Made by a program: the position numbers and the translations under genes
In this document: positions 9,159 to 19,536 of the stretch, piece after piece
Position numbering within the stretch: position 1 is the stretch's first letter
Layout: the number at the start of each line of letters is the position of its first letter
Assembly: GCA_902778585.1 (NCBI GenBank)
Contig: CACYYD010000002.1
Location: forward strand, 141,956-205,955
Direction: 5' to 3'
Origin: an uncultured Eubacteriales bacterium
GTDB taxonomy: Bacteria; Bacillota; Clostridia; Peptostreptococcales; Anaerovoracaceae
Length of the DNA stretch: 64,000 nt
Notes under the pieces: model-generated
Told to the model about the DNA's origin: nothing
Seen by the model: only the letters and a program-made list of their open reading frames with translations
The model's database searches: none

Positions 9159-11984
9159 TTATTTGCGTTCAATCTCTACCATTTCGAAGCACTCGATGAC
9201 GTCATCAGGCTTGATGTCGTTGTACTTTTCGATTCCGAGACCGCACTCGTAACCTGCAGCGACTTCTCTGGCGTCATCCTTGAATCTCTTGAGGGAACTT
9301 ATTACGCCCTCGTGGATGACGATGCCGTCACGTACAAGTCTGATCTGTGCGTTTCTCTTGACAACGCCCTCGTTGACGTAGCATCCGGCGACGATACCGA
9401 GATTAGGTACCTTGAAGGTATCTCTGACAACTGCCTTGCCCAGTACGTTCTCTTTGTACTCAGGATCGAGCATACCCTTCATGGCATCCTGGATCTCGTC
9501 GATGATATCGTAGATGACTCTGTAGAGTCTGATCTCGACATCAGCATTCTGAGCCTGGTTTGTAACAGCAGTTGTAGGTCTTACATTGAATCCAATGATG
9601 ATGGCGTTCGAAGTCTCTGCCAGCATTACGTCAGACTCGTTGATAGTACCTACGCCGCTGTGTACTACGTTGATCTTGACCTCAGGTGTCTCGAGTTTTT
9701 CAAGTGATGTGATGATAGCTCCGACAGATCCCTGTACGTCGGCTTTGACGATAAGGTTGAGTTCCTTTGCCTCTCCTTCCTGGATCTGGCTGAAGAGCTT
9801 GTCGAGAGTCATGCTGGCGTTCTTTGCCAGAACTTCTTCTCTCATCTTTTCCTTACGGTTAGCGGCGATCTCTCTTGCTGTCTTGTCATCACGTACAGCG
9901 TTGAAAGCATCACCAGCAGCAGGTACATCTGAAAGTCCGAGGATCTCGACAGCTGTTGCAGGACCGGCCTTTCTGATCGGTTTGCCCTTGTCGTCTGTCA
10001 TGACTCTGATCTTACCCGATGTAGTACCGGCTACTACGCTCTGTCCTGCCTTGAGTGTACCGTTGGATACGAGCAGTGTGGCGACAGGACCTTTTGCCTT
10101 GTCGAGTCTTGCCTCGATGACAGTACCCATAGCGAGCCTGTCAGGGTTAGCGCGGAGTTCGAGCATGTCGGCCTGCAGAAGGATCATCTCGAGAAGGTCT
10201 GTGATTCCCTCGCCCTTCTTTGCGGATACCGGTACGGAAATGACGTCTCCGCCCCAGTCCTCTACGAGAACGCCGTGCTCCATGAGTTCCTGCTTAACTC
10301 TGTCAGGGTTTGCACCCGGTTTATCCATCTTGTTGATGGCAACGATGATAGGCACGTTCGCAGCCTTTGCGTGGCTGATGGACTCGATGGTCTGAGGCAT
10401 TACGCCGTCATCGGCCGCAACTACGAGGACCGCGATATCTGTTACCTGGGCACCTCTCGCACGCATCGTAGTGAAGGCCTCATGTCCCGGTGTGTCGAGG
10501 AAGACGATCTTCTTTCCGTTGATCTCGACTTCCGATGCACCGATATGCTGAGTGATACCGCCGGACTCGCCCGCTGTAACGTTTGTATTTCTGATAGCGT
10601 CGAGGAGCGATGTCTTACCGTGGTCGACGTGTCCCATTACAGTGATGATAGGAGGACGAGGCTTGAGCTCGCTCTCTGCGTCTTCGTGCATGTCGATGCC
10701 CGGCTCTTCGATCTCAGGTTCTTCTTCAGTTACCACGATCTGAAGTCCGAGTTCTTCGGCAAGCATCTCGACAGCGTCCTTGTCGAGTGTCTGGTTGATA
10801 GTTGCCATGACACCCATCTGCATCATCGACATGATGATCTTGCTGACGCTGATCTCAGCCTGCTCTGAAAGACCGGCTACAGTGATAGGAACTGTGACTG
10901 CTACTGTACCTTCAGGCAGAAGCTCCTCAACTGTAGGCTCCTCAACTGTCTTTGTCTTGTATTTTCTCTTATGACGCTCCTGCTTCTCGAGTGCAGCCTC
11001 GTCATAGACATTGTTGTTTCCTCCGCGGCGTCCTCCCGGACCGTCTTCGCGTCTGTCGAACCTCGACTGTTTATCCTTGTCGCGGTTATCGAAGAACTTC
11101 TTGCTCTTGCCCTTGGAAGACTTTCCGCCGCCCGCTGCAGGTGCAGGAGCTGCTGACACACCGCCGCCTGACTGAGGTCTCTTCGGACGCTCGGAACGCT
11201 CTGTGCGGTCCTTGCGGTCCTTGTGTCCCTCGTCACGGTTCTTCGAAGGCTTCCTTCTTTCTCCGTCAGATGATGCAGCATTCTGCTTTCTCTGCTCGCG
11301 AAGTTTCTTCTTCTGTTCCTCAGCCTTCTTCCTTTCGGTCTCGGCATCGGATATCTTTTTGAAGCGCATAGGCTTGCCCGGAGCATTTACATACTCCTCT
11401 TCTGGCTCCTTCTTTGGCTCAGGCTTCTTCTCAGGCTCTGCCGCCTTCGGAGCCTCAGCTGCTTTCTCAGGCTCCTTCTTTGCTTCAGGCTCTGCCTTAG
11501 GTTCTTCTTTTGCCTCAGGAACAGTTTCAGCCTTTGGTTCATGTTCTGCTGCAGGTTTTTCCTCAGCAGCCTCAGCCTTTGCAGGAGCAGGTTCTGCAGC
11601 CTTGACAGCCTCAGGTTTCGCAGCCTTCGGCTCTTCTGCCACAGGTTTTTCAGCTTCAGGAACCTTTGCTTCTTCCTTTGCAGGCTCTTCCTCAGGCACT
11701 ACAGGCTTCTTAGGAATGACCGGCTTTCCTGCAGGCGGCTTTGGCTTTACGCCTTCTTTGTGCACAACAGGAACAGCCTTGATCTTAGGCTTGTTTCCTC
11801 CTGACTGTGCCGATGAAGAAGTCCCTCTCATCATATTGATGGATCTTACCAGTCTATCTGCGTCCTGATCTTCAACGGAAGACCTGGCAGAGCTGATGGA
11901 AATACCCATCTTATCTGCGTAGCCCTTGAGCTCCTGAAAGCTTATATCAAGCTCTTTGGTCAGTTCGCTAACTTTCTTTGGCAT
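9159..11984 (-). CDS. infB: Translation initiation factor IF-2
   Basis: 941 aa. IF2_N start, a long Pro/Glu/Ala/Lys low-complexity linker, a GTPase domain ([26 protein letters not shown]) and C-terminal IF2 domains. Confidence 0.95.
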   Translation of the reverse strand: MPKKVSELTKELDISFQELKGYADKMGISISSARSSVEDQDADRLVRSINMMRGTSSSAQSGGNKPKIKAVPVVHKEGVKPKPPAGKPVIPKKPVVPEEEPAKEEAKVPEAEKPVAEEPKAAKPEAVKAAEPAPAKAEAAEEKPAAEHEPKAETVPEAKEEPKAEPEAKKEPEKAAEAPKAAEPEKKPEPKKEPEEEYVNAPGKPMRFKKISDAETERKKAEEQKKKLREQRKQNAASSDGERRKPSKNRDEGHKDRKDRTERSERPKRPQSGGGVSAAPAPAAGGGKSSKGKSKKFFDNRDKDKQSRFDRREDGPGGRRGGNNNVYDEAALEKQERHKRKYKTKTVEEPTVEELLPEGTVAVTVPITVAGLSEQAEISVSKIIMSMMQMGVMATINQTLDKDAVEMLAEELGLQIVVTEEEPEIEEPGIDMHEDAESELKPRPPIITVMGHVDHGKTSLLDAIRNTNVTAGESGGITQHIGASEVEINGKKIVFLDTPGHEAFTTMRARGAQVTDIAVLVVAADDGVMPQTIESISHAKAANVPIIVAINKMDKPGANPDRVKQELMEHGVLVEDWGGDVISVPVSAKKGEGITDLLEMILLQADMLELRANPDRLAMGTVIEARLDKAKGPVATLLVSNGTLKAGQSVVAGTTSGKIRVMTDDKGKPIRKAGPATAVEILGLSDVPAAGDAFNAVRDDKTAREIAANRKEKMREEVLAKNASMTLDKLFSQIQEGEAKELNLIVKADVQGSVGAIITSLEKLETPEVKINVVHSGVGTINESDVMLAETSNAIIIGFNVRPTTAVTNQAQNADVEIRLYRVIYDIIDEIQDAMKGMLDPEYKENVLGKAVVRDTFKVPNLGIVAGCYVNEGVVKRNAQIRLVRDGIVIHEGVISSLKRFKDDAREVAAGYECGLGIEKYNDIKPDDVIECFEMVEIERK

Positions 11985-12240
11985 CTGTACCTCCTTGGAG
12001 ATTATCGAGTGCCTGCCCGATAACCTTTCTGATTTCTGTCTCGTCTAGATTCTGTCTGCAGACGCGGTTGAATGCCTTGCGCTTTACAGCATCTTCGGCA
12101 CACTTTGCGTCTCTGCAGAGATAAAAGCCTCTTCCGTCACGTTTTCCGTTCTCATCCGCGGCTACCGCCTTGCCGTCAAACGTGAACCTTATAAGTTCAT
12201 CCTGAGGCTTTGACTCCCTGCACGCGATGCATCTACGCAT
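11968..12240 (-). CDS. ylxR: YlxR/RnpM family RNA-binding protein (DUF448)
   Basis: [19 protein letters not shown]...GRGFYLC motif. The ATG at 12240 overlaps the nusA stop (ATGCGTAG) and the 3' end overlaps infB by 17 nt. The ORF-track start at 12351 lies inside nusA and is rejected. Confidence 0.85.
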   Translation of the reverse strand: MRRCIACRESKPQDELIRFTFDGKAVAADENGKRDGRGFYLCRDAKCAEDAVKRKAFNRVCRQNLDETEIRKVIGQALDNLQGGTDAKES

Positions 12241-13366
12241 CGGCTTCAGTGTCTGGTGTCTCCTCAATTTCAGTGACCTCCTCAGCAGCGACCGGCTCAT
12301 CGGAATCTTCATACTCATCAAACGCGAATCCCATCTCTTCGAGCTGGTCATGGCTCTTGATGTCGATCTTCCAACCGCTGACTCTTGCTGCGAGTCTTAC
12401 GTTCTGGCCTTCGCGGCCGATAGCGAGTGAAAGCTGCTGCTCAGGTACTACAGCTGTAGCAGCCTTCTCATCTTCATTTATGTAAACGCCCTCGACTATC
12501 GCAGGTCTGAGAACATTGCTGATAAGAACTGCAGGATCCTCGTCCCATACGATGATGTCTATCTTTTCGCCGAAGAGCTCGTCTGCGATGTTCTGAACTC
12601 TTGCGCCTCTGTTTCCTACGCATGCTCCTACAGGATCTACGTTAGGATCGTGTGAGTAAACTGCGATCTTTGTGCGCGAACCCGCCTCACGGGCTGTTCC
12701 CTTGATCTCGACAGTTCCGTCTGCGATCTCAGGGATCTCGAGCTCAAAGAGGCCTCTTACCAGTCCCGGATGAGATCTCGAGAGGAGGACCTGAGGTCCC
12801 TTGTTCTCTTTCTTTACATCCATAACATAGACCTTGATGCGGTCTCCCGGCTTGAAGCTCTCTGTGCGGACCTGCTCGGAAGCAGGAACGCGTCCCTCGG
12901 TGCGTCCGAGAGAAATGAGCATCGTTCCGTTGCTGATCCTTTCGACCTTACCGGTAACGATAGTTCCCTTCTTCTCGATGAACTCGTTATATGAATTTGT
13001 ACGCTCAGCTTCTCTGTTCTTCTGTACAAAGACCTGCTTTGCGCCCTGTGCGGCTATCCTGTTGAAGTCCTTAGGGTCGATCTCGTATTCTACGACATCG
13101 CCTATCTCATAACCATCATAGATCTCTTTTGCATCTTCAAGGGAGATCTGTGTCATGTCGTCCTCGACTTCCTCAACGACCTCCATGCCCATGTATACAG
13201 TGACATTGCCTTCAGTCATGTCAACGTCTACTCTAACATTGGACGCTCCGTAATTCTTCCTGTATGCATTCTCAATAGAGTCCTTGATAGCTCCGATGAT
13301 CTCTTCTTCCGAAAGATTCTTCTCTTTTCTGAGATCTGCAAATGCATCGAGAAATTCCTTGCTCAT
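12233..13366 (-). CDS. nusA: Transcription termination/antitermination factor NusA
   Basis: 377 aa with the NusA N-terminal domain, S1 and two KH domains (GACVGNRGARVQNI; AIGREGQNVRLAARVSGWKIDI). RBS AGGAGG. Confidence 0.95.
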   Translation of the reverse strand: MSKEFLDAFADLRKEKNLSEEEIIGAIKDSIENAYRKNYGASNVRVDVDMTEGNVTVYMGMEVVEEVEDDMTQISLEDAKEIYDGYEIGDVVEYEIDPKDFNRIAAQGAKQVFVQKNREAERTNSYNEFIEKKGTIVTGKVERISNGTMLISLGRTEGRVPASEQVRTESFKPGDRIKVYVMDVKKENKGPQVLLSRSHPGLVRGLFELEIPEIADGTVEIKGTAREAGSRTKIAVYSHDPNVDPVGACVGNRGARVQNIADELFGEKIDIIVWDEDPAVLISNVLRPAIVEGVYINEDEKAATAVVPEQQLSLAIGREGQNVRLAARVSGWKIDIKSHDQLEEMGFAFDEYEDSDEPVAAEEVTEIEETPDTEADA

Positions 13367-13381
13367 TGTCTCCTCCTAATA

Positions 13382-13858
13382 CTAGAAAATCACTGCTAAA
13401 TTGATTTTTGATATTTTATCGGCAGGTATCGCAAGCTCACCTGCAGCTGTTTCAACTGTCACTACACCATCCTGTTTCCCCTTCAGGATGCCTTCGTGTT
13501 CTTTGCTGCCGTTGATCTGCTCATATGTCCTGACCTCGACTGCTCTGCCCGCAAAACGGGTAAAGTCGGATTCCTTTATAAGCTCCCGGTCCAGTCCGGC
13601 CGAGCCGACTTCGAGGTTGTAGCTTCTGTCTATGAAATCATCCGCGTCGAGCGCGTCGCTCAGCCAGCTGTTCACCTTTTCGCACTCATCGATGCTGACA
13701 TATTCGTTCTCAGCACCTTCCGGCTTTTCAAGCGAGATCCTCAGTATCCACGAAGGACCTTCCTTCTTGTACTCGGCCTTGTAGAGCTCAAGTTCATTCT
13801 CCGCCAGAAAAGGCTCCAGCAGCCCGGCAACTCTGCCTGTAACATCTTCTTTTGCCAT
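13382..13858 (-). CDS. rimP: Ribosome maturation factor RimP
   Basis: EPFLAENELELYKAEYKKEGPSWILRI...LEVGSAGLDRELI is RimP-like. I prefer ATG at 13858 (AAGGA upstream) over 13882. Confidence 0.85.
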   Translation of the reverse strand: MAKEDVTGRVAGLLEPFLAENELELYKAEYKKEGPSWILRISLEKPEGAENEYVSIDECEKVNSWLSDALDADDFIDRSYNLEVGSAGLDRELIKESDFTRFAGRAVEVRTYEQINGSKEHEGILKGKQDGVVTVETAAGELAIPADKISKINLAVIF

Positions 13859-13972
13859 ATCCTTACCGCCAAAAAACGTCATACATAAGCGAAAGAGTGG
13901 GAGTCCCCACTCTTTCGAAAGTTAACTTACTCTGCACTTATACCACTAAAGTGCTGTAATTGCAAGGTTTTT

Positions 13973-16849
13973 TTATCCTGCCGGTGCAGGAGCAGGTGTC
14001 GCAGCCGGATTTCCGGTATTATCCACCGCGTTTGGATCAGGTTCAGCCGTGCTGCTGTGATCAGCTTTTTCTTCCTTCTTCGGTGCCGGAGGATCAGGCG
14101 GCTGTGTGCCCTTAGTATAGAGCTCGCCGTTCTTTGCGATCACGTTGCTCGGTCTTTCCTTGTATTCACCGCCCTTTGCTCTCTTTACGTTGCCCATGAT
14201 CTTGCCCCAGAGAGCGGCTGCCTTATCGGACATTGCATCAAGTTCTGCGTTGTCGTCAGTACCTATCCACAGAGCAGCTGAGTAATTGGCAGTGAATCCG
14301 TCAAACCAGATGTCCCAGGTCTCGTCTGTCGTTCCGGTCTTTCCGCCGACCTTCTCGCCCTTTATCGCGGCATTGCCTGCGATACCGTCGGATACTACAG
14401 TCTGAAGTACGTCAGTCATGATATATGCAACGCCTTCATTCAGGACCTCTGTCTCAACGGACTTTCCCTCAAGAAGTACGTTTCCGTCTCTGTCAGTGAC
14501 CTTCGTGTAGCATATTCCGGAGTTATGGACTCCTCCGTTAGGGAATACCGCGTATGCAAGCGCCATATCCAGAGGTGTGACTCCTTCGCTCATGGCTCCG
14601 AGTCCCAGAGCGGCAAGGTTGACATCGTTGACCGGCTGTGATGTATCATCTATCGCCGTCGTGATACCGAACTTCTTTACCATGTCCATGGAGTACTCAA
14701 CTCCGACCTGCGCGAGGATCTTGACTGCACAGGTGTTGATCGACAGCTGTATAGCCTGTCTGAACGTCTTGTAGCCGGTGTACGATCTGCTGAAGTTCTG
14801 AGGCCAGGTCTTGCCGTTTACCTTCATCTTCTCATCAGTGACTCCGGAACTGGCAGTGATGTAATTGCCCCAGTTCTTTGTGCCCTGCTTGTCATAGCCG
14901 GTATCCTTGAAGTCGAACTTCTTGCCTTCTTTTTCATACTCATAGCTCTTCTGGAGAGCCGGAGCATATACTGCGATAGGCTTTATGGATGATCCCGGCT
15001 GACGCGGGCTTGTAGCTCTGTTGAAGAGTTTCTCTCCGTCAGCGTTTCTTGTACCGACCATGGCTTTTATCTGGCCGGTGCCGACCTCGGTTATTACCAT
15101 AGCGGCTTCGACATTTGATCCTTCTCTCAGTGAAGACGGGAAGTTGGATTTCTTCTTGAACTGCTTTACTACAGCCTTCTGTGCCTGTGAGTCCATAGTC
15201 GAATAGATCTCAAGGCCCTTGGAGTATATCATGTTTGTAGCCTGGATCTCATCCATTCCGTACTGGGTCATAAGATCGTTCTTGACTGTTTCTAGAAGGT
15301 AATCCTTGAACGCCGAGTTTGCGCTCGACATGCTGGCTCCGCCGGGATTGATGAATTCAGGCAGCGGCTTCTTTGCCGCATCGGCTTCTTCCTGCGTGAT
15401 GTATCCCTGCTCAGCCATCAAATCGAGGACAAGATAACGTCTGCTTTGTGAAACATCATTCGCGTACAGACCATCTCCGAGATCCGTTGTCGTCTCTGCG
15501 TCATCGCCCTCTTCCATGAGGAGCGCGTATACACCCGGAGCCTGCGGAAGTGCTGCAAGAGCCGCGCACTGTTCAAGCGTCAGATCTTCGACTGAAACAC
15601 CGAAGTACTTCTTCGCTGCGGTATCCACTCCGTAGCAGCCATAACCGAGATAGATCGTGTTGAGGTAAGCTGTCAGGATCTCTTCCTTGCTCAGTTCCTC
15701 TTCTATCACGTGAGCATAGTACATCTCGATTATCTTTCTCTTGATGGACCTTATGCTCTTTTCCTCAGGCAGGAATACGTTTCTGGCAAGCTGCTGGGTT
15801 ATCGTACTTGTACCGCTGATCTCTCCGCCGCCTGTCAGGGAGTTGTAAATAGCTCCGAAAATTCTCTTTATGTTATATCCCTTATGCGTCCAGAAGGTCT
15901 TGTCTTCTATCGCTATGAACGCATTCTTGAGGTTGTCCGGGAACTGCTCGTAATTAGCGATCTCACGGTTCTCGGAATAGTAGATGTCGTCTGTGAGCTC
16001 TCCCTGGTCATCATATATGTGCGTGCTGACTTCCAGAGTGTTGTAAATCTGATCAGGGTGGATCGTCGGAGCCCTTGCTATGGTTATCGCTGCATAGGCG
16101 CCTCCCACGATACCTCCGACTATCATCAGGGCCAGCAGTATCTCAAGGATCGAAAGTATCCATCTGTACTTGCCTCTCGGCTTTATCTTCTTAAGAGCTT
16201 TCTTTGCGCCCTTTCCTGCCTGTCCCTTCGCAGGCTTTTTGATGGTCTTTGCCTTTTTGATTACAGTCTGCTTCAGGCCCTGTCTAGGTTTCTGAGTCTT
16301 CTTTCCGCTTCCGGACTTGCCGCTCTTCTTAGCCGGTGCTTTCGATGGAGTTTTCGCAGGTGCAGCAGTGCTGCTCTTTGCAGCCTCAGCTGCTTTTTCT
16401 TTCTCCATCTGAGCTTTCTTTTCCGCAGCAGCGGCACGTGCATTCCTGGCCGCCTCTTTTCCTTCTGCGTACTTTTTCTTTATGAACTTTCCGGCCGAGC
16501 TCATCTTTGCGGAGATAGCCGCATTGATCTGAGCCATCGCGTCAGTCTCAGGTTCTTCAGGTTTTACTGCAGGGACTTCCGATGTGAGTCTGTAATCCTC
16601 AGGGAGTCCGTAATGCTTTTCTTCTTTTGGAAGATCAGCCTTTGCTTCAGGCTGGGCCGGTTTTACTTCCCTGTGGACTGTTCTGCGCTGTTCCTCGGCT
16701 TTCTTCCCTGCACCCGGTTTATTATCAAAACTGAAATCAAGCGAAGCCGGCTCCGGCCTGCGCCCCATGTTTGCGGAGGCGTTGCGGGAGTCCTGCATCA
16801 CTCGTCTTTCCTTATTGTCGTTATTGTTGTTGAAATTATCTGTTGCCAA
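13973..16849 (-). CDS. Class A penicillin-binding protein (glycosyltransferase + transpeptidase) with long disordered termini
   Basis: GT51 motifs (AFIAIEDKTFWTHKGYN, GTSTITQQLARN), transpeptidase SxxK (GSSIKP) and KTGT. A single TM helix lies at about residues 232-262, after a roughly 230-aa Lys/Ala-rich N-terminal tail. The start is uncertain: TTG at 16849 or ATG at 16798. Confidence 0.85.
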   Translation of the reverse strand: MATDNFNNNNDNKERRVMQDSRNASANMGRRPEPASLDFSFDNKPGAGKKAEEQRRTVHREVKPAQPEAKADLPKEEKHYGLPEDYRLTSEVPAVKPEEPETDAMAQINAAISAKMSSAGKFIKKKYAEGKEAARNARAAAAEKKAQMEKEKAAEAAKSSTAAPAKTPSKAPAKKSGKSGSGKKTQKPRQGLKQTVIKKAKTIKKPAKGQAGKGAKKALKKIKPRGKYRWILSILEILLALMIVGGIVGGAYAAITIARAPTIHPDQIYNTLEVSTHIYDDQGELTDDIYYSENREIANYEQFPDNLKNAFIAIEDKTFWTHKGYNIKRIFGAIYNSLTGGGEISGTSTITQQLARNVFLPEEKSIRSIKRKIIEMYYAHVIEEELSKEEILTAYLNTIYLGYGCYGVDTAAKKYFGVSVEDLTLEQCAALAALPQAPGVYALLMEEGDDAETTTDLGDGLYANDVSQSRRYLVLDLMAEQGYITQEEADAAKKPLPEFINPGGASMSSANSAFKDYLLETVKNDLMTQYGMDEIQATNMIYSKGLEIYSTMDSQAQKAVVKQFKKKSNFPSSLREGSNVEAAMVITEVGTGQIKAMVGTRNADGEKLFNRATSPRQPGSSIKPIAVYAPALQKSYEYEKEGKKFDFKDTGYDKQGTKNWGNYITASSGVTDEKMKVNGKTWPQNFSRSYTGYKTFRQAIQLSINTCAVKILAQVGVEYSMDMVKKFGITTAIDDTSQPVNDVNLAALGLGAMSEGVTPLDMALAYAVFPNGGVHNSGICYTKVTDRDGNVLLEGKSVETEVLNEGVAYIMTDVLQTVVSDGIAGNAAIKGEKVGGKTGTTDETWDIWFDGFTANYSAALWIGTDDNAELDAMSDKAAALWGKIMGNVKRAKGGEYKERPSNVIAKNGELYTKGTQPPDPPAPKKEEKADHSSTAEPDPNAVDNTGNPAATPAPAPAG

Positions 16850-16876
16850 TTTTCCCTGCCTTTATGCTGTTCATGC

Positions 16877-16909
16877 CATAATAAAACACGGAATATGTTA
16901 CTTCCGTGT
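16877..16909 (-). terminator. Rho-independent terminator downstream of the cad operon
   Basis: Minus strand ACACGGAA-gtaacata-TTCCGTGT followed by TTTTATTAT. Begins 94 nt after the cadA stop. Confidence 0.5.
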
Positions 16910-17002
16910 AATATTAGCACAAAATGTTGTCATTGACGCAAGTTATGACGCTATATTTAGATTAAGATGTATTAAGATTTCTTCTTGCCTTCTCACAGCT
17001 TT

Positions 17003-18925
17003 TCAGCGGCTCAGCATGCGCATCGAATTGAGTATGCATATGACCGCAACACCTACGTCTGCAAAGACTGCCACCCACATATTGGCGATGCCGGCAGCAC
17101 CGAGAGCAAGGCAGAGGAATTTTACAAAGAGAGCAAAGACTATGTTCTGCTTGGAGATCCCCAGGGTCTTGCGGGCGACCGCGATCACCTTTGGTATCCT
17201 CTTGAGGTCATCATCCATGATAACGACATCGGCGGCCTCTATCGCGGCGTCAGATCCGAGTGAGCCCATAGCTATTCCGACGTCGGATACCGAGAGCACC
17301 GGGGCGTCATTTATGCCGTCTCCCGCAAAGGCGACTCTGCCGCGCTTCCTGTCGCCGTTTCCGGCCTGAGCTCTGAGTCTTTCTAATATCTCCTCTACGG
17401 CTTTTACCTTATCCTGCGGCAGAAGTCCCGATCTCCAGTCTGTTATGCCGAGCGAGGCAGCGACTGAGGATGCGACATCTTCCGAATCACCGGTAAGCAT
17501 AACTACGTTCTTTACACCGGCCTTCTTTATTTCAGATATAGCTTCCTTTGCTCCTGCCTTAGGAGCATCTGCGACTACGATGGTGCCGATATACTTTCCG
17601 TTTTTGCCTACGAAGCAATCGGTACCGGCTATATCTGCTGCAGCTTCAGGTATCTCTATTCCTTCGGTTTCAAAGAAACTCCTGTTTCCTACTGTGATGC
17701 GCTCACGTCCTGCCGATGCAGTGACTCCCTTTCCCGGGGTCACGAGAAGATCCTTGATTTTAGACTGTGCAATCGGATCTTCGCAGGCTTCGCATATAGC
17801 AGCAGCTATAGGATGCGTCGAACCGGTCTCTGCAGCCGCTGCATATCTTAAGACTTCATTCGTATCATAGCCCTCTGCGGCTTCTACCATGGCAACTTTG
17901 AACTTTCCTTCTGTAAGGGTGCCGGTCTTATCCGAAACGAGCGTGTCTATGTTTGCCATGAGTTCAAGATAGTTTGATCCTTTGACGAGCACGCCGTTTC
18001 TCGAAGCCGCGCCTATGCCTCCGAAGAATGCGAGAGGCACCGAGATCACCAGAGCGCACGGACAGGATATTACCAGGAAAGTGCACGCCCTCAGCACCCA
18101 GTCACCGAATTCCGCGGCAAAATGTCCGGAAAGAAGCGGCGGAACAAACGCCAGTATGACCGCGGCTATAACGACAGCCGGAGTGTAATAGTGAGCGAAT
18201 CTTGTGATGAAGTTTTCAGTCACCGACTTCTTTGATGAAGCCTCCTCAACGAGTTCGAGTATCTGTGACACTGTGCAGTCGTCATACTCTTTCTCTGCCC
18301 TTATCTTGAGCAGGCTTTCTCCGTTGATGCATCCGGATATCACCTGCGAGCCTTCGCTGACCGGTCTCGGAACGGATTCACCGGTAAGAGCGGATGTGTT
18401 CACAAGACCGCTTCCCTCTGTTACCGTACCGTCGGTCGGGATCTTCTCGCCCGGTTTGATGACCAGAATGTCTCCGACTTCTATATCATCAGGGTCAATG
18501 GTCTCCACGGAACCATCCTCAGACTCGCGGTTTGCGAAATCGGGAGCTATGCTCATCAGATCGGTGATGGCTCCTCTGGACTTGCCTACAGCGTAGCCCT
18601 GGAAGAACTCTCCTATCTGATAAAAGAGCATTACCGCGACAGCCTCGCCGAATTCTCCGCATCCGAAAGCTCCCACGGTGGCGACCGTCATCAGAAAACT
18701 CTCGTCAAAGAGCTGGCGATTCTTTATGCCGATAAAGCATTTACGCACAACGTCCTGCCCTACGATGAAGTACGGCACCAGATATAGTGCCAGCATGAGC
18801 CACCTGCCTGCTCCCTCTTCGGGGAATACGCCGGTATGCTCCGCGATCATCATAGCAACAAAGAGGACGAATGCTATGCCTATGCGTTTTAATTCTTTTT
18901 TCTGCTTCTTTGTGAATCTATCCAT
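17003..18925 (-). CDS. cadA: P1B-2 type heavy-metal (Zn/Cd/Pb-like) translocating ATPase, lacking an N-terminal metal-binding domain
   Basis: 640 aa. TM6 SCPCALVISVP (CPCx4SxP), phosphorylation site DKTGTLT, TGES, and GDGINDAP. It starts directly with the membrane region. Confidence 0.85.
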   Translation of the reverse strand: MDRFTKKQKKELKRIGIAFVLFVAMMIAEHTGVFPEEGAGRWLMLALYLVPYFIVGQDVVRKCFIGIKNRQLFDESFLMTVATVGAFGCGEFGEAVAVMLFYQIGEFFQGYAVGKSRGAITDLMSIAPDFANRESEDGSVETIDPDDIEVGDILVIKPGEKIPTDGTVTEGSGLVNTSALTGESVPRPVSEGSQVISGCINGESLLKIRAEKEYDDCTVSQILELVEEASSKKSVTENFITRFAHYYTPAVVIAAVILAFVPPLLSGHFAAEFGDWVLRACTFLVISCPCALVISVPLAFFGGIGAASRNGVLVKGSNYLELMANIDTLVSDKTGTLTEGKFKVAMVEAAEGYDTNEVLRYAAAAETGSTHPIAAAICEACEDPIAQSKIKDLLVTPGKGVTASAGRERITVGNRSFFETEGIEIPEAAADIAGTDCFVGKNGKYIGTIVVADAPKAGAKEAISEIKKAGVKNVVMLTGDSEDVASSVAASLGITDWRSGLLPQDKVKAVEEILERLRAQAGNGDRKRGRVAFAGDGINDAPVLSVSDVGIAMGSLGSDAAIEAADVVIMDDDLKRIPKVIAVARKTLGISKQNIVFALFVKFLCLALGAAGIANMWVAVFADVGVAVICILNSMRMLSR

Positions 18926-19143
18926 TACAGCACGACCTGGCAGTCAGGCTCTACTTTTGCGATGCACTTTACTGCTTCCTGAACGACCTGATCAAAAACA
19001 GCATCGTCAGCATCTATCATCATCTTCTGGGTCATGAAGCTTACAGAAGCATCGTTGACTCCGTCAAGTTTCTTGATGGCTTCTTCCATCTTAGCAGCGC
19101 AGTTTGCGCAGTCGAGATCGATGAGTTTGAATTTCTTTTTCAT
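18925..19143 (-). CDS. Heavy-metal-associated (HMA) domain protein / metallochaperone
   Basis: 72 aa with the LDCANCAAKME CxxC metal-binding motif. Its stop overlaps the ATPase start (TAATG). RBS GGAGGAA. Confidence 0.8.
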   Translation of the reverse strand: MKKKFKLIDLDCANCAAKMEEAIKKLDGVNDASVSFMTQKMMIDADDAVFDQVVQEAVKCIAKVEPDCQVVL

Positions 19144-19158
19144 TTTGTGTTCCTCCGT

Positions 19159-19464
19159 TTACTCTTCGATGTGCTCCTTGCCCATCGCGATGATAGTCTT
19201 TACATGATCGTCATCAAGGGCATAATAGACAGCCTTGCCGTCGCGGCGGCTCTTGATGAGCTTGCCGGTGCGGAGAGCCTTGAGCTGATGCGATACCGCG
19301 GACTGGTTCATCTCTATGTCTTCGCAGATCTCACTTACGTTCTTTTCTCCGTCAAACAGATCGTAAAGGATCTTGATCCTTGTGGAATCGGCGAACATCT
19401 TGAAAAGATCGGCCAGTTCGAGCAGTTCTTCTTCACTCATGTCCTTAAGTTTGTACTCGTCCAT
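19159..19464 (-). CDS. ArsR/SmtB family metal-responsive transcriptional repressor (CadC/CzrA-like)
   Basis: 101 aa. LFKMFADSTRIKILYDL...VSEICEDIEMNQSAVSHQLKALR is a winged helix. ATG at 19464 follows AAGGGGGA. The ORF-track start at 19674 would overlap buk and the promoter, so it is rejected. Confidence 0.85.
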   Translation of the reverse strand: MDEYKLKDMSEEELLELADLFKMFADSTRIKILYDLFDGEKNVSEICEDIEMNQSAVSHQLKALRTGKLIKSRRDGKAVYYALDDDHVKTIIAMGKEHIEE

Positions 19465-19536
19465 TCTGTCCCCCTTTCTGAAATCATGAATAGTCTGGAA
19501 TGCATAGTCTTTCTTAAAAGAAAAACATATGCCGCT

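Noticed and set aside
10901-11868. Alternative-frame ORFs within infB (161 aa on the minus strand, 221 aa on the plus strand), and the repetitive GCAGCC/GAAGAA-rich DNA considered as a tandem repeat or CRISPR-like array
   Set aside because: The repetitiveness is the coding image of the Pro/Glu/Ala/Lys linker of IF-2. The repeats are irregular, there is no repeat-spacer periodicity, and the alternative frames give Arg/Ser-rich nonsense.
13871-13917. Canonical Rho-independent terminator after the PBP gene
   Set aside because: A strong 11-bp hairpin (GAAAGAGTGGG...CCCACTCTTTC) is present, but the T-run lies about 14 nt downstream of the stem. The call is uncertain, so it is mentioned here rather than listed as a confident feature.
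15710-16936. 408-aa plus-strand ORF antisense to the PBP gene. Similar long antisense ORFs occur at 39667-40788, 62659-63975, 49812-50999, 2306-3193 and 27378-28247.
   Set aside because: All lie opposite strongly supported genes. They have low-complexity or Cys/Ser/Leu-rich translations and no start signals. These are typical antisense shadow frames in a genome with this codon bias.
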